A stretch of DNA of 64,000 bases from Bacteroidales bacterium (lineage in GTDB: Bacteria > Bacteroidota > Bacteroidia > Bacteroidales > JACABE01): positions 50-64,049 of the forward strand of contig JAHEYQ010000019.1 of the NCBI GenBank assembly GCA_023251515.1, read 5' to 3'. Position 1 is the first letter of the stretch. Every line of letters starts with the position of its first letter. Of the stretch, positions 40,966-51,916 are shown piece after piece. A program made the position numbers and the translations under genes. The notes under the pieces are model-generated. The model was not told where the DNA came from. It saw only the letters and a program-made list of their open reading frames with translations, and made no database searches.

Positions 40966-42981
40966 ATGAAAATTATAATTTCTATTTTATTGTCTTTTAT
41001 AACTTTAACTGGTTTTTCTTCAGAATTTAGCTTGTCTAATGCAATATCTTTTTATAGTTTTTATGGGAATTATATTTCTGCAGACAAAGAAAAAAAAAGT
41101 ATATTAATAGCTGACAGAGCCAAAAGAGGAGAATGGGAAGCTTTTTATATTGAAATTTTAAAAGGCAATAAATGTGCAATTAAAACCTTTGATGCCATTT
41201 ACTTAAGGGTAGATACTTTAAATAGGAATGCATTATTTGCTGATAGAAAAAAAATATCTGAAGAGTGTATTTTTGAAATTGATTATAAAAATGATTTTAA
41301 TAGAATCTCTTTAAAAGCATATAATAATAAATATGTAAGTATTTCAAAAGATCGTATTTTAGTTGCAGATGCAGTTACTCCCCCCTTAATAAACTCACTT
41401 TACTCTGATTTTAATAACAAAAATTTCAATATAGCAAGCTTAAGTAGTTTTCAGCTATTTCTGTTAATTAATTCATTATTAATAATTACATTGAGTGTTT
41501 TTGCTTTTTATTTTAAAAAGAATATAAATTTTAGCCTGATATTACTAATTTTAGGAGGAATTTCACTTAGATTATTAGCAGTTTACCTCGATCCTTTTTT
41601 AAATATTTGGGATGAAAGATTCCATGCTTTGGTTGCTAAAAATATGATAGATAATCCCTTAAAGCCGATGTTGTTTAAAAATCCTGTATTGCCCTATAAT
41701 TACGAAAATTGGACAAGTAATTATATTTGGCTTCATAAACAACCCCTTTTTTTATGGCAAATATCTTTTTTCTTTAAAATATTGGGTGTAAGCGAATTTG
41801 TACTTCGAGTTCCAAGTTTAATAATGAGTAGTATAACAATTATTTTTATTTATAGAATTGGTAAAATTATTGCAAATCAAAATATTGCATATATCTCAGC
41901 TTTATTTTTCACTTCTTCATATTATACTATTGAACTAGTTTCCGGAAAAATGTCAACTGACCATAATGATTTAAGTTTTATGTTTTATATTACAGCTAGT
42001 TTGTGGGCATATTTTGAGTATTTAAAATCAGATAAATTAAAATGGGTGGTTTTAATAGGCCTTTTTGCTGGTTTAGCTATTTTGAACAAATGGTTAGTTG
42101 GACTTTTAGTTTATTCTGCATGGGGGCTTAATTTATTATTAATAAAAGAAAATAGAAAAAGATTAAAGAAATATATTTATTTAATTGTTTCATTATCAAT
42201 ATGTATTATTGTTGTTTTGCCATGGCAATTATATATCAACAAAAGATTTCCAATTGAAAGCAATCACGAACATTTATATAACTTAAGACACTTAACAGAA
42301 CCAATAGAAAAACATTCGGATACATTTATGTTCCATTTAAACCAAACAATCGATATTTATGGCTTGCATTATTTAATAGTTTTGTTATCAATATTGTTGA
42401 TAAATAAATTAATCAAAAAATCAGAATATAAAATCGCTTTTAACACTTACATACTGATCGTATATTTGTTTTATACTCTGGTAGCAACTAAAATGTATTC
42501 TTTTACATTTTGTATATCATCCTTAGTTTATATTTCCATAAGTGGTTTGTTCTTTTATTTAATAGATAACAATAAAGTCTTATCAGCTTATTTGACAAAC
42601 AATAAAGTGTATTTAAATGTCATAAAATCTATTTTTTTAATTATGTTTTCTTTTTATCTGATAAATATTAATCAGATTATCACTAATCACAAAGACAATA
42701 CAATTTTTAGATCTGATTTTAATTCTCAAAATAAAATACATAATCCAATTTATCAAAAATTTGATAAATTAATACCTGGAAATGATTATGTTATTTTCAA
42801 TACTCCATTACTAGAGAACATTAACATCATGTTTTACACAAAATTTACAGCTTATGATTTTCCATTAACGATAGATATTTATAATGAATTGAAAAGCAAA
42901 AAAGTGAAAATGGCAACTTTTGACAATGGTAATTTACCTGATTTTATTAAAAATGACAAAGATGTATTTATTATAAAGTAA
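40966..42981 (+). CDS. ArnT/PMT-like (GT-C) glycosyltransferase with N-terminal fascin-like domain
   Basis: WDERFHALVAKNM, HKQPLFLW, SEFVLRVPS, LNKW; N-terminal GNYISAD..ADR..GEWEAF..ISLKAYNNKYVS; ATG at 40966. Confidence 0.78.
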   Translation: MKIIISILLSFITLTGFSSEFSLSNAISFYSFYGNYISADKEKKSILIADRAKRGEWEAFYIEILKGNKCAIKTFDAIYLRVDTLNRNALFADRKKISEECIFEIDYKNDFNRISLKAYNNKYVSISKDRILVADAVTPPLINSLYSDFNNKNFNIASLSSFQLFLLINSLLIITLSVFAFYFKKNINFSLILLILGGISLRLLAVYLDPFLNIWDERFHALVAKNMIDNPLKPMLFKNPVLPYNYENWTSNYIWLHKQPLFLWQISFFFKILGVSEFVLRVPSLIMSSITIIFIYRIGKIIANQNIAYISALFFTSSYYTIELVSGKMSTDHNDLSFMFYITASLWAYFEYLKSDKLKWVVLIGLFAGLAILNKWLVGLLVYSAWGLNLLLIKENRKRLKKYIYLIVSLSICIIVVLPWQLYINKRFPIESNHEHLYNLRHLTEPIEKHSDTFMFHLNQTIDIYGLHYLIVLLSILLINKLIKKSEYKIAFNTYILIVYLFYTLVATKMYSFTFCISSLVYISISGLFFYLIDNNKVLSAYLTNNKVYLNVIKSIFLIMFSFYLININQIITNHKDNTIFRSDFNSQNKIHNPIYQKFDKLIPGNDYVIFNTPLLENINIMFYTKFTAYDFPLTIDIYNELKSKKVKMATFDNGNLPDFIKNDKDVFIIK

Positions 42982-42988
42982 TTAAGCA

Positions 42989-44605
42989 ATGAATTGGAAA
43001 ACAATATTTTATTTGTCAATTTTCATTATTATTTCAGCTTGTGGTCTGAAAAATGAAAATAAAAAAGATTTATCTGATACTGATTTTATTTATATTAAGG
43101 AGAAATCATTTATGAATAGAGGGAAAATATTTTTTCCTGTAATGCTAAATTATGCAGTAGGTTATAGAAATGTTGGGGATAAATTTTATATTTCGCCAAT
43201 TTTACAATATGAAAATCCCGAAATTTTTGAATCAAATTCAAAAATAAGTATTGAAAATCAAATCAGAGCACACTTTACTTTGATTAATGAAATGGGATTC
43301 AACACAATAAGAATCTGTTTTGATCGAGTTTTTTATGATGATGAAAGTAAAGCCTTTTATTTTCCAGCAGATAAAAAGAAGCTTTTTTTATTAAAAGATT
43401 ATAAATTAATATTTGAAGGTTTAAAATCTTTATTCAAAATTGCAAATGATAATAAACTAAAAATCATACTTTTAATAAAATCTCCTGTTGAAAACGCCGA
43501 ACTTGAAAGTTTTACAAAATTATTGTTACAAGAATTTAATAATGAAACCGCATTGTTTGCATATGATTTTTTTAATGAACCACTTTATTTTGATTTGGTA
43601 AATTCATCAAACAAAAATACTTTTCGTAAGAAAGCTGATGCTTACAAAATTGTAAAAAAATGGAAACAAATGATGTTGGAGTATGCTCCGAATCAATTAT
43701 TTACTATTGGATTTGCTGAGCCATTGGAAGTTTTTGAGTGGGATCCATCAATACTTCCAGTAGATTTTATTGCTTTTCATACATATCACCCTTTGAGAGT
43801 ACCTAATGAGATTTACTGGTATAGCAAATATATTAGCAAACCCTGGATGATTGGTGAAACTTCCTTGCCAGCAGACGGGGATTCAATAAGTTACAATGAA
43901 CAAAAACAATTTTATAAAGAAGTTTTTAAGAGAGTAATTAATTGTGGAGGAAGTGGAATAGGCTGGTGGGAGTTTCAGGAACCTGCAACTGGCAATTTCG
44001 AGGCAAAATATACAGCAGTTTTGAATCATAAAAGTGTTACAAAAACAAAAGATGGAAAATATTCAGTAATAGGAACGGTTAAACCAGTTGTTGATGAGAT
44101 ATTAAAGTTAAAAGATTTCAGGAAAAAAGAAAATTGTGATTGTAATTCAAATTATTATAATATGCTGGGTTATAATAATTTTAAATTGATTGGTAAAGTA
44201 ATTAATGAGAATACAATGCAACCGATAGAAGGTGCAGTTGTTAGAGGTTGGAACATTGATTGGTCAATTGGGCAGAATACATTTACTAATAGAAATGGTG
44301 AATTTACACTTTATAGTAACGATATTTGTACTTATTTTGAAATTTCTGCTCCCAATATGTCAAATTCAAAATTTAGCTTTAATACAAATTATATTGCAAT
44401 TTCAAATTACAATTCTACTTCTGATTTACCTAATCAAAAGCTTGAATATCACAATATTTCATATAAGCCTTTCTTAAAATTGCCTATCGATTCAATTGGG
44501 AATGATAATTATATTTTTAATTTTGATGAAAGCAAATTTAATAAGGCAAAGTTTGTAGGAAACATGGGAATTATAAAACTTGAACACTTAGATTTTGTAA
44601 AATAA
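42989..44605 (+). CDS. Lipoprotein with clan GH-A (GH5/GH2-like) domain plus carboxypeptidase-regulatory-like domain
   Basis: ISAC lipobox; MGFNTIRI, FFNEP acid/base, FHTY, WMIGET nucleophile; GKVINENTMQPIEGAVV. Confidence 0.7.
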   Translation: MNWKTIFYLSIFIIISACGLKNENKKDLSDTDFIYIKEKSFMNRGKIFFPVMLNYAVGYRNVGDKFYISPILQYENPEIFESNSKISIENQIRAHFTLINEMGFNTIRICFDRVFYDDESKAFYFPADKKKLFLLKDYKLIFEGLKSLFKIANDNKLKIILLIKSPVENAELESFTKLLLQEFNNETALFAYDFFNEPLYFDLVNSSNKNTFRKKADAYKIVKKWKQMMLEYAPNQLFTIGFAEPLEVFEWDPSILPVDFIAFHTYHPLRVPNEIYWYSKYISKPWMIGETSLPADGDSISYNEQKQFYKEVFKRVINCGGSGIGWWEFQEPATGNFEAKYTAVLNHKSVTKTKDGKYSVIGTVKPVVDEILKLKDFRKKENCDCNSNYYNMLGYNNFKLIGKVINENTMQPIEGAVVRGWNIDWSIGQNTFTNRNGEFTLYSNDICTYFEISAPNMSNSKFSFNTNYIAISNYNSTSDLPNQKLEYHNISYKPFLKLPIDSIGNDNYIFNFDESKFNKAKFVGNMGIIKLEHLDFVK

Positions 44606-44608
44606 TTT

Positions 44609-46444
44609 TTAATTCTTTCTTTCATAGATTTCTACCTGAAAATCATCAATATAAATCTGGGTTTTTCCTCTGTACCAAACATAGGTTTTTAGATAATTAT
44701 TTTTATTTCTTACTTCAGGTGTAAGATAATAAAAACTAATTGTTTGCCATTGTTTTGCAATTAAGTTCATGTTTTCAGAATCGAAGTTTTTGTATTTAAA
44801 AGCGTATTCTTTTTGATTAAATTGTACAATAAGACTAAATGGATTTTCTGTAAAAGCCTGTTCATTAAATACTTTTATACTTACTTTAATCCATGCATGA
44901 TCCTTTTTCGTAATTTCTTTATATGGAATTTCTATTGTTGGAGAATAAATATTTGTTGAATCTAAAAGAATAGATTTTTTACCGGAAAATGATTTTTCAG
45001 TTGATGACTTATCCTTTTCAAAATCAAGTAATATCGCTGATTTCAGTTTATAATCCTGTTTATTATCGAAACTTTCGCTGCCGTCAAATGATCTGTTTAT
45101 CAATAATAATTTTTTATCTTCTTCATTCACATTTAATTTGCCAAAAGTTTTAATATAATATGGAAAAGTCATCCTATCTCCATGAATTATACCCTTATGA
45201 AACTGAATGCTTTGGAAAATATTGAGAAATACAATTAAAATCAGTAAAATCAGAATAAGATTCCTAAGGACTTTCTTTTGTTCAAAAATCCAACTAATTA
45301 AAAAACCCAATATTATAGTCATTAATGGATACATCTGGATTACTGATCGTTGGCTGAAGCTTTGTGCATACCACCAACACGACCAACTTGATACAATATA
45401 AATATTGGCGATAAAGAATAGAAGGATTGTGAAAAAAATATCCTTTCTCTTTTTGTAAACGATTATAAATCCGAATAATGCCAAAAACATTATTGGTGTA
45501 TAAATAAACCAGCCTTTTCTGAAACTGAAAAGTAGTTCAATAACAAATGGATGGAAAAACTCAAAACCTTCACCTGGGTTGCCTCCATAAGAATTAAATA
45601 AAAATTTCCCGCTTTGAATTTTCCAATAAATAAATTGTAATGAACCAATTAATAATAAAATAATTGAAAAAATGAGTATTTGATTTACTTTTTCTTTTAA
45701 GATTTTAATTTTTATAAAAAAACTTTCCTTATTGTAAATTCCCCAAAGTATGGGGATTCCTAGACAGATAATTTCTGAAGGTCTGCTTAATATTGTAATT
45801 CCACAAGCCAATGCTAATATTATTGCATGTTTTAATTTGTAAGTTTTGTGCCAACGGATACTATACCAAATAATTATTGCATATGTTGTAAACAAATAAT
45901 TATGCGACATTGCATTTTGTCCATACATGGTAATATGTATAATGTAATTTGTGCCAAAAACTAGTAAAATAAGCGAAATTGCAGCAACTTTTCTGTTGAA
46001 AAACGTTAGTAGTATTTTTGATAGGAAGTAAATACCAATAATAGTATAAATAGTGCTACCTATAAATATTGCGTATTGATAAGGTATAGAAAATCCATCT
46101 GTAGGAAAGTTGAAAATATCAGCATAAGCATGCCCAAGAAAAAAGAAAGGAGAATATAAAACAGCCATTCCTGCTGAGTATTTCATAACATAATTTCCAT
46201 CCGGCATTTGTATTCCCTGATAGAAAGTTGCTGTATTGTGATATTTATCAATTATATTGTTTACAATTGAAATATCTTTTAATCCTAAATCATTGTAAAT
46301 AAATTGAAGAGGAAGATATAAATAATACCCGAAAACATCCCATGAAAGAATGTTATGAGGTTTAAAAATCCAGTTATTAATGATAACAAAGCAAATAATG
46401 CTTATAATAACTAATTGATAATATGAAAGTTTAATGTCTTTCAT
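44609..46444 (-). CDS. GT-C-like polytopic membrane protein, paralog of 39195-40961
   Basis: WDVFGYYLYLP, MSHNYLF, LSRPSE, KGWFIYTP, WSCWWYA..QR; C-terminal beta-sandwich-like domain. Confidence 0.7.
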   Translation of the reverse strand: MKDIKLSYYQLVIISIICFVIINNWIFKPHNILSWDVFGYYLYLPLQFIYNDLGLKDISIVNNIIDKYHNTATFYQGIQMPDGNYVMKYSAGMAVLYSPFFFLGHAYADIFNFPTDGFSIPYQYAIFIGSTIYTIIGIYFLSKILLTFFNRKVAAISLILLVFGTNYIIHITMYGQNAMSHNYLFTTYAIIIWYSIRWHKTYKLKHAIILALACGITILSRPSEIICLGIPILWGIYNKESFFIKIKILKEKVNQILIFSIILLLIGSLQFIYWKIQSGKFLFNSYGGNPGEGFEFFHPFVIELLFSFRKGWFIYTPIMFLALFGFIIVYKKRKDIFFTILLFFIANIYIVSSWSCWWYAQSFSQRSVIQMYPLMTIILGFLISWIFEQKKVLRNLILILLILIVFLNIFQSIQFHKGIIHGDRMTFPYYIKTFGKLNVNEEDKKLLLINRSFDGSESFDNKQDYKLKSAILLDFEKDKSSTEKSFSGKKSILLDSTNIYSPTIEIPYKEITKKDHAWIKVSIKVFNEQAFTENPFSLIVQFNQKEYAFKYKNFDSENMNLIAKQWQTISFYYLTPEVRNKNNYLKTYVWYRGKTQIYIDDFQVEIYERKN

Positions 46445-46453
46445 TAAAAATTA

Positions 46454-48721
46454 TTAATACAGATCACTGAAATCGAATTCAGACTCTTCATTTCTGATTT
46501 CCTGTTTAAATTTCTGACAATCTATTCTATCAGACAAATCGATTGCTGGCTTTTCAAAAGCATTTTTAGGTACTTTCAAAGTTTTATCATCCCAAACTTT
46601 TTTCATATACAAAGCCCAGATAGGCAATGCCATATTTGCACCCTGCCCCAAATGTGTACTTCTGAAATGAATTGAACGCAACTCACCTCCTACCCATACG
46701 CCTGTTGTAAGACTTGGTGTTACTCCCATAAACCAACCATCAGAGTTATTCTGAGATGTTCCGGTTTTTCCGGCAATAGGTGCATCCAAACCAAACTTAT
46801 AACGTAATCTGACACCGGTACCACTTTCTACAACACCCTTCATCAATTCAATCATTAAATAAGCAGTTTCTTCACTCATAGCTTCCTGCTGTTTGGGAAT
46901 AAAACTTTCAAGCACATTGCCATTTTTATCCTCAATACGTGTTATAAAAATGGGTTCAACATAAACACCTTTATTTGCAAAAGTACTCATTGCACCAGTC
47001 ATTTCATAAACTGATAAATCCGGCGTTCCCAGACAAATTGCAGGAACTGCATCTATCTGACTGGTTACACCCATTTTACGAGCCATATTTACTACTGCTT
47101 CGGGCGAAAATCTTTTCATTAAATAAGCTGATACATAATTTATAGAATTTGCTAAAGCCCATTTCAAAGTTACCATTTCGCCAACACGCTTATCATCAGC
47201 ATTCTCAGGCGTCCACGAATCTCCATTTCCTAAATCAAAAGAAACCGGCAAGTTTGGAACTTCTGTACAAGGTGAAAATTCGCCTTCCTGCATTGCCAAT
47301 GTATATACAAAAGGCTTAAATGTAGAACCAACCTGACGTTTTCCAACTTTTACATTATCAAACTGAAAATGCCTGTAATTTATACCACCAACATAAGCCC
47401 TCACATAACCAGTTTGAGGTTCCATTGACATTAAACCTGTGTGCAAGAACCATTTATAATATTTTAATGAATCAAATGGAGACATAACAGTATCTTTCTC
47501 GCCCTGCCAGGTAAAAATACGCATGGCAACAGGAGTGTTAAAATCTTTTTGAATTTCTTCTTCAGATGCATTTGCCTCTTTTAGACGTTTATATCTATCA
47601 GAAGTTTTCATTGAATTTTTATAAATTACCTCAATTTCATCATTTGTAAGTTGATAATATGGAGCATTTTTCACACCTTTCCAATGCTTATAAAAAGCTG
47701 GTTGCAAATCTTTTGCCAAATGTTCTCTAACAGCTTCTTCGGCATATTTCTGCATTTTATAATTAATGGTCGTATAAATTTTCAAACCATCTTTATATAA
47801 ATTATAATAGGAACCATCTGGTTTTTTATGTTTGCTACACCAATCATTTAAATACAAACGTAAATATTCTCTGAAATAAGTGCCCAAACCTTCGCTATGA
47901 TCCTGCATCGTATATTTAGACATATCTAAAGGAATAACCCGCAATGAATCATACTGTTCCTGTGTTATATATTTATATCTTTTCATTTGATTTAATACAA
48001 CTTCGCGACGTTTTAAAGCATTTTCCGGATTTTTTACAGGGCTATAATAAGTAGGGGCTTTAAGAATACCAACCAGAAGTGCAGCTTCTTCAATTTTTAA
48101 AGAATCGGGTGTTTTATTAAAATAGGTTCTTGCAGCCGTTTTAATACCAAAAGAATTGCTTCCAAAATCAACAGTATTGAAATACATGGCAATGATTTCC
48201 TCTTTGGAATAATTCCTTTCTAATTTTGCAGCTGTAATCCATTCTTTAAATTTTGTGAGAACCATAAAAATTTTCCATTGATTTTTATCTCTGGGGAATA
48301 AATTCTTGGCCAATTGTTGAGTTATAGTACTTCCGCCTCCAGAACTTTTCTGACGCCCGATAATTGTTTTTCCTAAAACCCTGAAAATACTTCGCATATC
48401 AACTCCAGAATGAGCTTCAAAACGGGCGTCTTCTGTAGCTATCAATGCATCAATCAAATGTGGAGATAATTCATTATAATGAATATTACTTCTGTTTTCG
48501 ATATAATACTTTCCCAAAACCTGCTGATCTGCGGTCAAAACTTCAGAAGCAAGATTGCTTTTCGGATTTTCAAGATCTTCAAAAGAAGGCATAAAGCCAA
48601 GCCAACCTAATGAAAGTAAAATGAATAACAAAAAAATGAAGCCAAAACCTGATACAACAAATATCCAGAATCTTTTGATATATAGGTTATTATTAGATGA
48701 ATTACTTTTTTTTGCCGACAT
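46454..48721 (-). CDS. mrcA: Penicillin-binding protein 1A (transglycosylase/transpeptidase)
   Basis: ATEDARF..HSGVD, GGSTITQQLAKNL, GSTFKP (SxxK), SIN, GKTGT. Confidence 0.93.
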   Translation of the reverse strand: MSAKKSNSSNNNLYIKRFWIFVVSGFGFIFLLFILLSLGWLGFMPSFEDLENPKSNLASEVLTADQQVLGKYYIENRSNIHYNELSPHLIDALIATEDARFEAHSGVDMRSIFRVLGKTIIGRQKSSGGGSTITQQLAKNLFPRDKNQWKIFMVLTKFKEWITAAKLERNYSKEEIIAMYFNTVDFGSNSFGIKTAARTYFNKTPDSLKIEEAALLVGILKAPTYYSPVKNPENALKRREVVLNQMKRYKYITQEQYDSLRVIPLDMSKYTMQDHSEGLGTYFREYLRLYLNDWCSKHKKPDGSYYNLYKDGLKIYTTINYKMQKYAEEAVREHLAKDLQPAFYKHWKGVKNAPYYQLTNDEIEVIYKNSMKTSDRYKRLKEANASEEEIQKDFNTPVAMRIFTWQGEKDTVMSPFDSLKYYKWFLHTGLMSMEPQTGYVRAYVGGINYRHFQFDNVKVGKRQVGSTFKPFVYTLAMQEGEFSPCTEVPNLPVSFDLGNGDSWTPENADDKRVGEMVTLKWALANSINYVSAYLMKRFSPEAVVNMARKMGVTSQIDAVPAICLGTPDLSVYEMTGAMSTFANKGVYVEPIFITRIEDKNGNVLESFIPKQQEAMSEETAYLMIELMKGVVESGTGVRLRYKFGLDAPIAGKTGTSQNNSDGWFMGVTPSLTTGVWVGGELRSIHFRSTHLGQGANMALPIWALYMKKVWDDKTLKVPKNAFEKPAIDLSDRIDCQKFKQEIRNEESEFDFSDLY

Positions 48722-48731
48722 AATAAATGTA

Positions 48732-49220
48732 CTAACGTTTTTTATTTTGTTCAATTGTGATACCAATAGTTTTTATACCTGAAATTATATTTTCACGCAT
48801 AGCATGTTCTATTTCAAACACATATTTGCCTTTCATCGGGAAAATTGCATCTTTTTTAAACATGATTTTATTATCTTTAATTTTAGAATTACCTTTTCCA
48901 AGCCATTTTCCCTGATTATCAGCCAATAAACATTCCAATGTATCAATTGCTATTTTTCCATCAGGAAAAATAGTTTTTATAAACACAAAAAAATTACTAT
49001 TAGCATAATCAGTTGTATTTCTTACATTTATATAAAAATTAAAAGTAGAAAGTGTATCATCAATTACAACTTCTGTTTTAAGCTTTTGTGAAACATCCCA
49101 AGCATTTTCATTCACTTCCATAAAATTATCTACCAAAACAGCTTGTCCACAATTAGTAATTAAAAATAATAAAGTAAAAAACAATAAAATACGAACTGCC
49201 TTTTTTAATAACCTTTTCAT
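48732..49220 (-). CDS. gldH: Gliding motility lipoprotein GldH
   Basis: Lipobox TNC; VRNTTDYANSN, DTL, GKWLGKG, FP..GKY.FEIEHAMR. Confidence 0.88.
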   Translation of the reverse strand: MKRLLKKAVRILLFFTLLFLITNCGQAVLVDNFMEVNENAWDVSQKLKTEVVIDDTLSTFNFYINVRNTTDYANSNFFVFIKTIFPDGKIAIDTLECLLADNQGKWLGKGNSKIKDNKIMFKKDAIFPMKGKYVFEIEHAMRENIISGIKTIGITIEQNKKR

Positions 49221-49370
49221 TTACTTTTTATTAATTTGTAAAGATAACACACTCAAAGATAGGTATTGAACATGTCAATACAATTATCATTTTGCAAAAA
49301 ACATTTAATTAGATTATACCATTTCTGATTTAAAAACATTGTAAAAATAACTAATTAAACCAAAAAATAC

Positions 49371-50486
49371 TTACTTCTTTTTATCAAAGCGAGTTAAATC
49401 GTCTTGCGACATATTATTATCAAAATCCTGTTTTTTCTCTTTCTTTATAGCGTAATCTTCAATCTTTGTGATTTTTTCGCCGTTCTTATTGATTGCTAAG
49501 ATCTCATTTACATTTGCAAGAGTTAATTCATAAAAGTTGGAATAATCATTTTCATAATTATACCAAATAGTTCCTTTAAAAACATCTGTTTTATTAAAAA
49601 CAACATTTCCTTTTGTTGTACGAATTACCTCATCTGTAGAAGGAAAATCCTTTAAAGCATCCGTATAGCAATCATACTCAAAATTTAAACAACATTTTAA
49701 TTTTCCACATTGCCCGGCAAGTTTTTGTGGATTAAGAGATAATTGCTGAACTCGGGCTGCATTGGTACTTACAGATTTGAAACTTGTTAACCAAGAAGAA
49801 CAGCAAAGTTCTCTACCACAAGTTCCTATACCACCTAATCTGCTTGCTTCCTGACGAACACCAATCTGTTTCATTTCAATTCTCACTTTAAACTCTTCTG
49901 CAAGAACTTTTATCAGATTTCTAAAATCTACTCTGTCTTCAGCCGTATAATAGAAAATCGCCTTTGTGTTATCACCCTGATATTCAACATCATTTAACTT
50001 CATTTCTAATTTCTGAGTAGCAGCAATAATCTTGGCTTTTTCCATTGTTTTATCTTCGTTTTCAACAGCAAATATCCATTTTTCAACATCAGTTACTTTT
50101 GCTTTCCGATAAATTTTTTTCAGATTTTCATTACGGGGATCAATCCCTTTTTTTTGCATCTGCATTTTAGCAACATCTCCCATCAAGGAAATTATTCCAA
50201 TATCATGTCCTGGCATTCCTTCCACAGCTACAATATCACCTTCCTCATAATCAGTATTATCAGTAATTTTGTAAAAATCTTTTCTCCCATTCTTAAATCT
50301 GACTTCCAAGCAATCAAACGTTTTTTTTAATTCTGATTGTTCAATATTTTCAAGCCAATTATAAGAATCTAACTTAGTGAAATTATGAGCTTTGTGTTTG
50401 TCGCATTTTGTTAAATGCTTTGGAGAGCCACAACATCCACGTGAATGAAATGGGTTATATATATAGTCGTTATTTTTTTCTTCCAT
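49371..50486 (-). CDS. ricT: PSP1 domain / RicT-like regulatory Fe-S protein
   Basis: DVEYQGD, FYYTAEDRVDFR, GGIGTCGRELCC, LAGQCGKLKCCLNFE. Confidence 0.9.
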   Translation of the reverse strand: MEEKNNDYIYNPFHSRGCCGSPKHLTKCDKHKAHNFTKLDSYNWLENIEQSELKKTFDCLEVRFKNGRKDFYKITDNTDYEEGDIVAVEGMPGHDIGIISLMGDVAKMQMQKKGIDPRNENLKKIYRKAKVTDVEKWIFAVENEDKTMEKAKIIAATQKLEMKLNDVEYQGDNTKAIFYYTAEDRVDFRNLIKVLAEEFKVRIEMKQIGVRQEASRLGGIGTCGRELCCSSWLTSFKSVSTNAARVQQLSLNPQKLAGQCGKLKCCLNFEYDCYTDALKDFPSTDEVIRTTKGNVVFNKTDVFKGTIWYNYENDYSNFYELTLANVNEILAINKNGEKITKIEDYAIKKEKKQDFDNNMSQDDLTRFDKKK

Positions 50487-50608
50487 GTTATTTTTATAAA
50501 CTACAAAATTAGCAATTTTATTTGTAAAAATACCAATCTGTTTTAATGAATTAAAATTTGTAAAAACGTTAATATTAATTTCGGATTTACAATAAGAAAA
50601 CTAAAATT

Positions 50609-51790
50609 TTAATCCTTTCGGTTCAGCAACTTATACATTTTTAAAGACAAATCCATAAATAAAATGGATGCATTTGCATTTCTCTCAATATGATAAATAG
50701 CTGTATTAATTTCTTTCTGAATATCTTCAATATTAAGAGGATTGATATATAAATAAAATTTCTGCAGAAAATTTGCTTCATCTGAACTTAATTTAAGCAA
50801 AGCAGACTGATCATAATGTATTAATATACATGCTCTTGAAATTTTCAAAATATAATTCAAAAATGATTTTTGTTTTTCACGTCCGATTTTTGCCAAAACA
50901 TTAACCAAATCGTTTAATCCTTCAACATTATTTTTAGAATTTTCATTAAGATTTCCTTTAAAACAACTTCTCATCCATTTTATTAAAACTTCAGTATGAA
51001 ATTTATCTTCAGCATTTTGACTAATAAGGCTCATTGCATCCAATAAATTTCCTTCAGAATGTGATGCAATTTCTACTGCTCTATCTGCATCAATTTGATA
51101 TTTATCAATCAGAGTATCAATAATTTCATTATCTTTTATTTTATATAATTTAATTAACTGAGTACGTGACAAAATTGTTGATAAAATCTGGTCATGATTT
51201 TCGGAAATCAGAATAAATAAAGTCTTTTCAGGTGGTTCTTCGAGTATCTTCAAAATTTTTGGAGCAGCAGAATGATATAATTTCTCTACCATCCATATTA
51301 TCATTACTTTATATTCTGCTTCATATGTTTTAAAACTTAAAATGCGATTTATTTCATTACAATCTCTTACGTTTATTGTTCCTTGTTTATTTTCAACACC
51401 AAGTTTTTCAAACCACTGATTAAGTGTAACAATATAATTATTTTCTATCAGAAACTCGCGCCATTCAGTTAGAAAATTTTCGCTAAAATTATTCTTTGTA
51501 ATTTTTTTTGTTGTTGTATTTGGAAACACAAAATGAACATCAGGATGTATCAGTTTTTTAAATTTCAAACATGATTTGCAAACGCCACAAGAATCTGCGA
51601 GTATTCCATTTTGGTTATTATACTGTTTATCAACACAATTAACAAATTGTGCATAAGCTATTGCCAAAGCCAGTTTACCAATACCTTCAGGGCCAAGTAT
51701 AAGCTGAGCATGACTGACTCTGTTATCTTTTACTGTTTGTATAAGCCTGTTTATTATATCTTTATGACCAATAATATCTCTAAATAACAT
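50609..51790 (-). CDS. holB: DNA polymerase III subunit delta'
   Basis: FRDIIGH, GPEGIGK, CGVCKSC, HPDVH, LKILEEPP, TILSRTQ. Confidence 0.93.
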   Translation of the reverse strand: MLFRDIIGHKDIINRLIQTVKDNRVSHAQLILGPEGIGKLALAIAYAQFVNCVDKQYNNQNGILADSCGVCKSCLKFKKLIHPDVHFVFPNTTTKKITKNNFSENFLTEWREFLIENNYIVTLNQWFEKLGVENKQGTINVRDCNEINRILSFKTYEAEYKVMIIWMVEKLYHSAAPKILKILEEPPEKTLFILISENHDQILSTILSRTQLIKLYKIKDNEIIDTLIDKYQIDADRAVEIASHSEGNLLDAMSLISQNAEDKFHTEVLIKWMRSCFKGNLNENSKNNVEGLNDLVNVLAKIGREKQKSFLNYILKISRACILIHYDQSALLKLSSDEANFLQKFYLYINPLNIEDIQKEINTAIYHIERNANASILFMDLSLKMYKLLNRKD

Positions 51791-51860
51791 TGAAAAAATT
51801 TTAGATAACAAAAATACTTAAAAAAAAAGATTTTCAGTTTTTTCTTTTCATAATTTTTAT

Positions 51861-51893
51861 AAAAAAAAGGCTGCCAGAAAACCAGGCAGCCTT
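51861..51893 (-). terminator. Intrinsic terminator
   Basis: AAGGCTGCC..GGCAGCCTT with A8 tract on the + strand. Confidence 0.75.
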
Positions 51894-51916
51894 ATAAACA
51901 AATCTTTAATGATAAA

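Noticed and set aside
48732-51790. holB-PSP1-gldH cluster as a novelty
   Set aside because: Ordinary conserved Bacteroidota synteny
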